From Chrysomallon squamiferum (lineage: Eukaryota; Animalia; Mollusca), in assembly GCA_012295275.1 (NCBI GenBank), contig CM022674.1, forward strand, positions 6,882,001 through 6,946,000: a DNA stretch of 64,000 nucleotides. The letters are read 5' to 3'. Shown in pieces: positions 53,368-64,000 of the stretch. A program made the translations under genes and the position numbers. The notes under the pieces are model-generated. The model ran no database searches. It was given only the letters and a program-made list of their open reading frames with translations, and was not told the origin of the DNA. Numbering within the stretch: position 1 is the stretch's first letter; the number at the start of each line of letters is the position of its first letter.

Positions 53368-55258
53368 TGAAATGGAAAGATATTTATAGTTTATTTAAAT
53401 AATCAGGGATTTAATTAATTTTGAATTAACATCATATTTCATTTATATACTCTTTCATATCATGAATTATTAAGCAGTTTTCATTACCTCATCCAATGGT
53501 TAAACCATCAAATTATTTTCATCCCTAACCATTAAATGGCACAGGAAAATGGATTTAAATGAAATAATTTGGTTTCATTTTTTTTCTTTTTCTATTATTA
53601 ACATATTAATATTGATTTATAATCTAAAAAAAAAAAAAAAAACGTCCTTAGCATATAATACTTACTGATTTTTATATTTCATTTTTCTTTTGTGATAAAA
53701 ATATTGTTTGTAAAAATAAATTATTACATACTTTAAACTTCCATGCCTTTGTCTGTTTGTTAAGTTCTTACAGAAAAATGTAGGCTTATGGTAAATGCAA
53801 TGAGAAAAGTTTTTACCCATGACATATTTATTGTTGTTTTTGTGCTGTCATCATCCATCTTTGGTTTATTTGCCTAATTTTTATACAGACATAATTAATA
53901 GTGGCCTCTGGCTAAAATTGGGTTTTTCTATCAGAACATGAACAGTAAAAAAATATATAATAAAGCACACCCAGTGGTAGTAAGGAGTTCCCAGATTCCT
54001 TATCTATAACTATCTATAAAATAATATCGATTAAAAAACATACTTAACATATTGTTAAATATTTTTTCCATTCTCTTACATTTCCAGCATATTATTCAGT
54101 GTATCTTTGGTCTAGTCACTTTTTTCTTCATTTCTTAGACTTGACAGTGTTCAGAAGATTTGGCTGACACTAATTTTTTGTGATATAGATAAACACCTCA
54201 AGTCAGACCTCGGGTCACACAGCCCAATTGTCCTTTACTGTATTGTTAGTTTGTTAGCTTTATGAAGTCATCTCTTCCACAAAGCTTTGATAAACACTTC
54301 AGAACTTCTGTATGTACCCTGTCTGGGTTCATAGCCAACTGGTTCCCAAAGGTATATACATTTTCTTGTAAATATTTTTTTCCACTGTCATAAGCATGCA
54401 GAGTACTGAATAATGGTGTATGTGGTGCTCTAAAAAAAATTTATTGACAGGTTTATCTATTTGGAGGTGTTATATTAAAGATATTTGCTGGTCTGGGTTC
54501 ATTTTGCTCAGATTCCCCACCAACAAATAAATATATCCCCACTTTACTGTTATTAGTTATTATAAAAGTGTGCTAAGTTTGAATTCTTTGCATTTTCTGT
54601 TTTTGTTCAGTATCTGGCTTGCTAGATTAAAATATATTGTTTCTGTAGAAATAATATTTGTTTTAAAATAGGTTCATTCCCCCCCCCCATGTTTAATTAT
54701 TAATTTTTCTTATTCCTCTATTTCTGACCATTTTTGGTCAACATTATCTAGTTGTCTTTTTCTACACAAAAATACACAGTACTGCAGTTAATATAATTTC
54801 TGAATCCCTTTCAAACATTATCATTTGGTACTTAACTAAATTTGCAAATGATTTTAAATCTTAAAATAAATAAACAAAGTAAATAATTTAAAAATAAATA
54901 AAGAAGAAAAAGATGAGAAAAACACCAGTTATGAATATTATCAGTTTATTATGACAATTTGGTATGACAGTTTCATCTACAATAACAGTACTTTTAACAT
55001 TGCCGAAGCCCTCATTCGAACTCACAAGCTATAAAAATGGTAAAAGCTAAACCATCCATTCACACAGTTTTGAAACTAGCATACCTTTATACAACTACAC
55101 TCACTCCTTTACACAAAACTTTCATTTTTTTTTTTTTTTTTGTTCAAGTTAAAAAACTGTCAGTGTTTGTTTGTTTTTTTGGTTTTTTTAAAGGAAGTTT
55201 TTTTGTTGGTAACCAAATAATGTATATATAATTTACCTGAGAATGTATAATTATTATT

Positions 55259-55314
<56 letters not shown>

Positions 55315-58300
55315 TATTGATAGTAATAGAAATATCTCTTTAAATGTAAGCAATAAGTCAGAAAAAGTAGTAGTCAAAAAAAAAAAAAAAAAAAAAAGGA
55401 AAAAAGTTAATTAAATTTTCAATTATTTTTTTTTACTTAATTTAAAAGATATGAAAGAAATTTTAAGACTGAATTGTGAACTTTAGAAATTTTAATACAT
55501 AATTAGTTAGAAATAACAAATACCCAAACAACAGTATTGCTTTTCCAAATTTGTTCACAAATATTTGAACTTTGCAGCTGATTGTAAAATACCAAAAAAA
55601 AAAAAATTCTGAAGATATGTATCATGATATGTTATATTTTCATATAATTGTGGAATTAACAAAATAAATATTTTTAAATAATAATAATAATAATAATGAC
55701 TATGATGATAATGATAAGAAACATTAAATAAAAAATAATCATATAATAATAAAGAAAAGATAAGTAATAAAATGTGGATCATACAAATAATAATAATAAT
55801 AATAAAACCTTGTACAAATAATTACTTTTTTTTTTTTTTTTTAATTAATGGAACTTTTATCAAAAAGGAGGTTGTCACGGTGAGGCAGATAAAATAATAA
55901 AAGATGATCAGTGGATGATGTTTAATGATGTGATAGTGATTGAATTAGTGATTGTAAGTAGTGATTATGAATGAGTTCTTAGAAAATAAAGAATTTCAGA
56001 ATGATGATAGAGGCAGTGATTGCAAATACAAGATAAAGATAACATTATTGTTTACAATCAGCAAAAGAAAACTGTTTACAGCAAACGTTTTGTGATAAAA
56101 ATAAAAACACATGGACAATAACATTTACTGAAAATGAAAATTTCAAATTTCTGAAACAAATTTACAAAAAAAAAAAAAAAAAATTCAGTTGTACTTAAAA
56201 TGCCATTTTTCATGATTAAACATTTATTCATGGCCAACTGACAGAAACATTTTGACTTTTATATTTTGTTGTTTTTTTGTTGATGAAAACATTAAAAATT
56301 TATGATATGACACCAAATTTTTCTATTTTATTTGATGTGATTACTATTGTTCTATTGCACATGTCCTTACACTAAGATGAAACCAGCAGAAATGAATACA
56401 ATTTTATGAAACAGGGAACTGATAAATGACATGAAGAGAAACAAAAATAATAATAATAATAATAATAACATATAAATAATTTAAAATTTATGTAAAAGCA
56501 TCTGCAGAAGACAAATTTAAAACATATTTACAGAAGTCACTGTTGTTGTTTCTTATTGTCATCTATAAACTTTCAAAAATATTAGGTCCACGAAAAAAAT
56601 ATTTCTGACATTTTGAAAATTTGATTACGATTCAAAATCTGTATTGTATATTTATTTTACAGTTAAATAAAATGAAATATAAGTAAGACTGAGTTTAAAA
56701 TATACAGTGTAAAAAACCAACAGATACAACATGATAAAATACTACTTTTTACAAAAAGAGATATTGATTATCACAAAGATCATCTTTCAAAAAACAAAAA
56801 TTTCTTTTATTTCAAATTTTATAAATCTTGTAAGTAAAATATAGATGTATAAAATACTTGTTTAAAAACTGACAGCAATAAATAATTTGTACATTTTCTC
56901 TCCAAAATGTGCATGCATGCAAACACACACACACTCACATGCACACAGACTTTTACCAGTCTTGCTATATAATTTACAACATAATAAAAAATTTCTTTCT
57001 CAGCTTATGTAAAGAAATTTATTTTATTTAAAAATATTATTTATTTATTTATTTTTTTTATTGAAGAATAAATACTAAAAAAAAAAAAAAAAGAAGTTTG
57101 ACATGTTAATGAACAAAAAGATTAGTGAGCTTATAAAAAACATTTTGCCTTGGGTTTGTCTAACAAATACAAATTTTCATTTCTATAAGAAATTTTAATA
57201 TAGACATAAAATGAAAATGGCTGTAGATTTACATCTCACTGTGTATTAAACTTCTCTGTAATTATGACAGTAATAATAATAATAATAATAATAAAAATAA
57301 AATAATAATATCTTCATCATATCATTAGTATAAATTAAAACAGAAAATGTAAGGACATTAATACTTTCTTTGAATATAAATTAACCTTGTCAGCCACTGT
57401 CATTTTAAACAAAATAAAAATTTCCTTACCTAAGCTGAGAAATGTTTTATTAAAACTATCAACAGCATTCTCTCAGTGGAGTATTTAAATTAAAAATCTG
57501 TTCATGGCAGCTACAAACATCTGATGCTATGAATCCAAAACAAACAAAATTTTTATGGTGTTTTTTTTTTTTTTTTTTTGTGTTTTTATGACGAAATGTT
57601 GAAAAACTTTGGCATTTACAAACATTATTATCATGCTTTTATTAAGGAGTGGCAGTCAAAAAATATAAAAAATGAAATAAAAAAATAAAAATTATATATA
57701 AAATAATAATAAAAGTAAAAAAAATATAATAATAATAATAAGAGAAGAAGAAGAAGAAGAAAAACAGTAAAATAAAATAAAATAAAATAAAACAAAAATA
57801 TAAATTATATACTAATTTAATGTTTTTTTTGTTTTTTTTTAAAGCATCAAATTATTAAATGCATTTTTTTATTTTTTTTTAATTTTTTTAAGAAGCACCT
57901 GGATGTATTATGAATTTAAAATCATTTGTTACCATGGTTTTATTTCATTTACGAGAATCATGCCACCCCAGAGGTTAGTGTGAAGAAAAAAGCACAGCAA
58001 AAAAAAAAAAAAATAAATAAATAAATAAAATTAAATACACAGGTTAATAAAATTTAATAAATGAAAATGTTTTGCTCAGTTTTAATGCCAATTTGTATGA
58101 ATTCTTGAAGATGATAGTTGAAAGCAATTGCTGATGTTTTTACAAAAAGCAAATTTGAAGGAATAACTAAAATAAAATAATAATAATAATGATAATTAAA
58201 AAAAGATTTTGAGGAATAAATTTTAAACAGTATAGCAAAAAAAAATATATTAATAACAAAAGAAACAAATAAAAGAATAAATAAAAAAATAATAATAATA

Positions 58301-58766
58301 AAAAATTAATAGTAAAAGCAGTATTCAAGAAATTCTTTGAAAGTCATATCTGAAAAAAAAACTGCAGCTTTTGCCCAACTTAATTTTACTTTTAAATCAA
58401 TCCACAATGATGTTATAGAAAATTAACTGAAATATTGAAACAACACTGTAGATTAATAAAGTTAATTTTTCAAACAAAACGTGTAAGTAAAGTAAACAAA
58501 AAAGCAGGATTGAAACATTCACACAAGAAAAAGAATCATGCTTTAGTAGAGGCTTGATGATGATGATGATGATGGAGATGAAGTAGGGACAATAACAGGA
58601 AAGGTTCTGAAATAGGGCGCTTCAAGAGAAAATACAAAATAAATATTAATTAATATTAATAATTTTAATAATAACAATAATGATAATAATAAAATACCAA
58701 GATTTTAACTTTTACAGATAAAATAATTTTTGTACAAATTGTTATTTGATAAAAAAATAATAATAA

Positions 58767-58801
<35 letters not shown>

Positions 58802-59989
58802 AATAACTATTATTATTCTTTACTACTTTCAAAGAAAATTTCATATTTATGCTCAGATATGATTCCTATCTGCCACCTGTGGGATAATTTTGAGATTCTG
58901 ATTTATCAAAAATTATTAGAAAACATTTTGATGCTGAAGTACATTATTCATTCTACTTCTGATAAAAACAATGTTGGTTTTTTTTTTGTTTTTTTTTTGA
59001 AACACCCTATATAATAAGATTTTATTAGTAATGTTAGTTGGATTCAAAAAAGGGCAAAACACTATAACCTATATTCTAATAACCATTGATACAATTTACA
59101 GAGAGCATTTTGTTAATTATTCTTTATTTATTTGAATCTTATTTTGGGGATGCCAATTAAATAAATAAATTTGTTCCAGTATAAACTGAACTTCAGTACA
59201 ATAATAATTAAAATAAATAAATATTAAAAAAAATAAAAAAATAAAAATAAAAGCAATAGAATATACTAGCAGTATTATAATTAAGTATATTTTCTTTTAC
59301 CTATTACCTAAATTTTCATTTTAATAATGGCAATATTATATAAATTAATAAATATTAAAAAAAACAAAAAAACAATCTATCTTCAGTTAGTTTATTACGA
59401 TGTAGTGTTTTGGACATTTAGTTACTTTTTGAAGGAATAATATTACTTAGGAATAATATTAATATTCTCTATAGAGAAATTGGTAAAAGAATAATCAAAG
59501 GTTAGCAGAATGTTCAAAGGCAAAATTTGGGTCAGATTTATTAGAAAATCATCAAGCTACTGTTTAGTCAAGACTTTAAAATAAATAAATAAATAAATAA
59601 ATAAATAAAAATAATATAAGGGAGAAAAAAATATATAAATGTAATAAATAAATCAATAAAATATAAAAAATTAATAAAAAATAAAAATAAAAATAAAAAT
59701 AAAAGCCACATCATTAATTCCAATCAACCATTCAGTCAAAAAAACAAAACAACAACTGTAACACCACTAATTGCACGTGTATCATGTAAAAACTGTACCA
59801 GACATTCTTTTTTTCTTTTTTTTTTTTTTAAAGAAGAGAAAACAATTATCTGTGAGATGTGTTAAAAAATAACTCTGTTAATATTCTTCTCAGATCCAGA
59901 TATCACAGCTGTCTAGACTTCAATCTCGTTTTCTTGTGTTTGGATTTTGTTTAAAATCCTGGGATTTGTCCACATTGAAGCTTAAACAC

Positions 59990-60425
59990 CACAGAGAGGC
60001 TGAACACTTGATAATGAGGCTCTATACTCCATACAGAGGCTCGATCTTGATAATGAGGCTCAACACTCTATAATGAGGCTCTACACTTCATAATGGGCTC
60101 TAATCTTCATAATGAAGCTCTATACTTCATAATGAGGCTCTATACTTCATAATGAGGCTCTAAACTCATGAAGAGGCTTTACATTTCAAACAATTATAAA
60201 GATGATGTACATTTCATCAGACTTGATTTTGAAAATGAGGCTCAACTCTATAAAGAAGCCCAGTGTTCTATAAAAATGCATGAACTTGATAATGAGGCTG
60301 GAACGTGATAACGAGGCCAGACCACTGATTAAAAAGGCTGGAACTTGATAATAAGGCTGGACATTTGACGGAGGCTTGAACTTAATGATGCCAGACACTT
60401 GATAACGAGGCCAGACAGAGAGGTT
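59990..60425. repeat. ~20-bp degenerate minisatellite
   Basis: Many copies of ACTT(C/G)ATAATGAGGCTCTAT-like units. Source of ORF 60186-60494(-). Confidence 0.85.
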
Positions 60426-62559
60426 TGAATGTGATAATGAATCGTGGTTACTGATGACAATGAGAGGAAGTGAACAAACACACAAGCAAGGCAAGAATTA
60501 GCGTTGTTAGATGGGAAGCTAAGACTGGCTGAGGTGACTGATCCTGGTGTTTTATTGTGGTATATCGTCCATCTCAAGCAGAGCTAGAAGAAACAATAAC
60601 AGCATCATCATGCATCGGTTATATATAATATATACAAGTCATATCATAGAGTAACATACAGACGTTTTAAATATGCTGTCAACACAAATGGTGAGACATA
60701 ACTTTAATTTAAAAAAACAAAAAAAAAAAAAAAAACATTAATTTATTTTCCTGTTACCTTTAACTAATTTTTTAAAAAGGTTATTGTTCTTTATTTGTAA
60801 GTTATTCATTATTAATTATTGTTTTAGAAATATATGTAGATTTTTCTAAAAATATTTTTCTAATAATCTTCAGATGAGCTGTTTCTCTTTCACTGCTTAG
60901 AAAATCTTTTCTAAAATTGTTGTTAGAATAATTTTTATTCTAACTCAATTTTAAAATTTTAATAAAATGTTTATAAAATTTTTAATACAAAGTAAGAAGT
61001 GATATAATTATTTTTACAAGCTAGTTTAAAACCTTAAGATTAAAATTTTGTATGAAAATTATTTAGAATGAAATTTTTAATGAAGATTGAATTGGATATT
61101 AAAAAGTTAATAAATGAAAATTAAAAGCTTACCACTCTTTAACAAAGCCCACCAATAAAGATTTTTATAATGTTATATCATAATGATGTCATTACTGTTT
61201 GTTCTTATTATTATTAAATTAATAAAATATTGCTGATAGTCTTATACATATATTTGTAGCTGCCCTAATGTTTCAGAATTGTTTATGTTTTGTAATTTTT
61301 TTAAGATAAAACTGTTTGATCCTTTGCATGTACACATGAGCAAGTATTTTTCAGTCAATCTCACATTAAAACATTTGCTTATGTCTCAACATTATTATTA
61401 TTATAATTAATAATACAATCAGTACAATTTTAAAAGTAAAAACATTAAAAAATAATTAAAAACGTCTACATATCCTTATAATTTATTACCAAAAAGTCAC
61501 AAAAATAAAGTGAACATTCACATGCATTACCATATATTTTAATTATCAGCAATTTAAAAATTAAAATATATAAAATGAACAAGACAGCTATGTAATATTT
61601 TACAGTGTCCATCGCAGTGCAACATCAGCATCATTGACATACAGGCACAAAAATAACATGGTCAGAATACAAAATTGGTTCTCTATGCATCATACATTTT
61701 TTTTTTTTTTTTTTAAAAAGAGAGCATTAAATATTTATAGGACTATGTGCAGCTAAAGATTACAAAGCACTCAGCATGCAATACAAAAGAAAGGTTTTAA
61801 ATAATATACAAAAAGATGTCATCGTACAGTGTGGCAAGCACCAACATAATTGGTAACATAAAGTGGTTAAAAAGTTTTTGTCGTATTTGGACGAATTAAA
61901 TGAAATTTGGGCATTATTGAGAAGATGTAATTATTTCAGGACTGGCCAAGAATATGGTAAATAAATAAAAAGAAAAATAATAATAATAAAAAATTTATAA
62001 AGTACTTTTTTTTCTTAAATATTTTTAATTATAAAAAACACCCAACAACATCAAAAAAAAAGAGAAAAAAGGCCCCTACTAAAACATTGACAAACAGCTG
62101 GTGTTATAGCAAGGCAACTAGATGAAGAATAATTTGAAAGACAGGGATAAGAATATAATTTAAAATTATAAAGAAGTTTCTGACAACAGTGTGAAGGATA
62201 ATTATACGTCATCACACACACGGGTGTCTTGGAGAACAATCAGAAGATGTTTTGGAAAAACAAGATTCTATTATAATTATTTCTTGACTAAACACTTACA
62301 TTAAATATATGAGAAAATAGGTTTTTTTAAAAGTTCAGTTACAGAAATGACTAGTTAAACAAGCTGTATTAACAAAGAGTACAGACCTTTTAAATCTTTA
62401 CCATGTTTTAGAATGCAGAAAAAACAGATCAGCACAATGTTCTCATGTCTGAAGCCTAAATGCTTCAACTAAATGCTTCAACCAGTATCTGATACTAATT
62501 TCAGAATTGGATTTTTCTATGCCTTTCTCAAATAAAAGATCAGCAATAAAATTACTGAC

Positions 62560-62840
62560 CGACTTAGTACTCAAGATCCAGACATTATCAATACTGAAGA
62601 ACCACTGTGTCAATGCTAAAGATCCAGTCAGTGCCAATAGACATTATCAATTCTGAATATCTTGATTTTATCATTACTAATGATATTGTCAATGCCTGAC
62701 AGAACCACAGTAAAGATCCAGAGTATCAACACTGAAGATCTAAGCTGTAGCAATACCAGAGTACCAATACTAAGATCCAGACAGTACCAATACTAAGATC
62801 CAGAGAGTATCAATACTAAATATCCAGACAGAACCACACT
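62560..62840. repeat. ~22-bp degenerate minisatellite downstream of the DVL stop
   Basis: Repeated AAGATCCAGACAGTA(C/T)CAATACT-like units. Confidence 0.8.
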
Positions 62841-63051
62841 AGTGAATATTTTTAACCTCCAGAAGTTATGGAAATCGGTCCACAAAAAAAAAAAAAAAAA
62901 AAAATTAAAAATTATAAAGCATCATTAAGCCTAGACAAGAACCACATGAAGAATATCAAAAAAGAAGAAGAAGAAAAAAAATAAAAATTAAAAATTAACC
63001 AACAGAACTGTTTTAAAAAATAAAAAATAAACTAGTGAAAGCATCACAACA

Positions 63052-63287
63052 TCACATGACATCTACAAAGAACTCACAAGGGTTGCCCATGGCCATTCTG
63101 AATGATTGTCTGCTTCCACTAAGATCTGCCGGCATTTGGCCCAGTGGATGGACACCAGGGGGTGCTCTTCTTGCGCTGGCTATACTTGCCGAGTCAGTGT
63201 CGCTACCACCACTTCCCATGGGACTTGAGGATTTGTTGCGATCTGATTTTTCTTTTTCTTTCTTGCTGCCACCAGAAGCACTGCTTC
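63052..63287 (-). CDS. DVL: Dishevelled, terminal coding exon (rest of gene beyond window end)
   Basis: Acceptor TTTCCTTTACAG at 63289-63288, phase 1: (G)[77 protein letters not shown]. [20 protein letters not shown] is the diagnostic Dishevelled C-terminus. Confidence 0.95.
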
Positions 63288-64000
63288 CTGTAAAGGAAAG
63301 AAAAAAAGAGAAGAGTTAGAGTCAAGCCAAAAAAATAAAATAAATAATAATATTAAAAATTATTTAAAAATTGTGTTAAATTACAGAACCACTAAATTGT
63401 GTCCATAAAATCAACAAAATTATTTTAAAATTTCACACGATTTATATTCTCTCTTATACACTGATTTGATAAATTTTAATATACAAAAAGTACAAGAATA
63501 TTATTATTTCAAAACATTTTTGTTCCACATCAATTTTTTTGTAACATGCCAGTTTTTGCTTGTGTTAATTTTCTATATTACTGTTTGGAAAATATTCAGA
63601 ACTACATAAAAAAAAATACTTTGTGTATGTAAATCTTTCTCCCATTGTTTTATAGTTTCAGTGTACATTTTTCATTATTTGATGTATATAATAAACAACA
63701 TTTTTTGGCAAAGACTTTCTTCAAGAAATGAATGTAGCAAAATGCATTACATAATTATCATTGGCATGTTGTTTTGCACACACATTTATTGTCAGACAGA
63801 GGAGACACAGACATTTTACAACTAAGTGCAGTAAGAGATGATTTCAGATTTTCTATAAATCAATGCTAAATAGTTGTGACAAGATTTTACAAATAAATAA
63901 ATAAATAAATACAAAAATAAATCAATCAATCGACACTTAACACTTAAAAGAATCATTAACATATAAAAAAATTTTAAAAAAATAATTTTCAAAAAATCTG

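Noticed and set aside
59990-60425. Regularly spaced short repeats resembling a CRISPR array (also 62560-62840)
   Set aside because: Units are head-to-tail and degenerate with no unique spacers, there are no cas genes, and the context is eukaryotic; these are minisatellites.
63035-63319. 94-aa plus-strand ORF
   Set aside because: Antisense shadow of the Dishevelled terminal exon.
1-64000. tRNA, rRNA, snRNA genes or SECIS elements
   Set aside because: None recognised by eye; a covariance-model scan (tRNAscan-SE, Infernal/Rfam) would be needed to exclude them.

Overview
AT-rich, microsatellite-dense animal genomic DNA (invertebrate, probably a mollusc or other lophotrochozoan; this assignment is inference). 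Most ORFs in the supplied track are spurious. Manual splicing gives nine intron-containing genes in strictly alternating orientation: PPIH (-), a two-TM NIT-domain guanylate cyclase (NIT-GC, +), SFT2D3 (-), PLEKHM2/SKIP (+), an unrecognised 166-aa secreted protein with an 18-nt microexon (-), CD-M6PR (+), NDUFB5 (-), SPAG7 (+), and the terminal coding exon of Dishevelled (-). The window also holds two inverted copies of a TA-flanked Tc1/mariner-type MITE, a Tigger/pogo transposase fossil, several minisatellites and a perfect 48-bp palindrome. Four points are most notable. (1) The NIT-GC has a degenerate metal/phosphate-binding half of its cyclase site. (2) The central PLEKHM2 exon needs two +1 frame changes. 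(3) A donor site hidden in the DVL C-terminal codons could swap its PDZ-binding tail. (4) The orphan secreted, prohormone-like gene. All coordinates were read by hand and no database searches were run.
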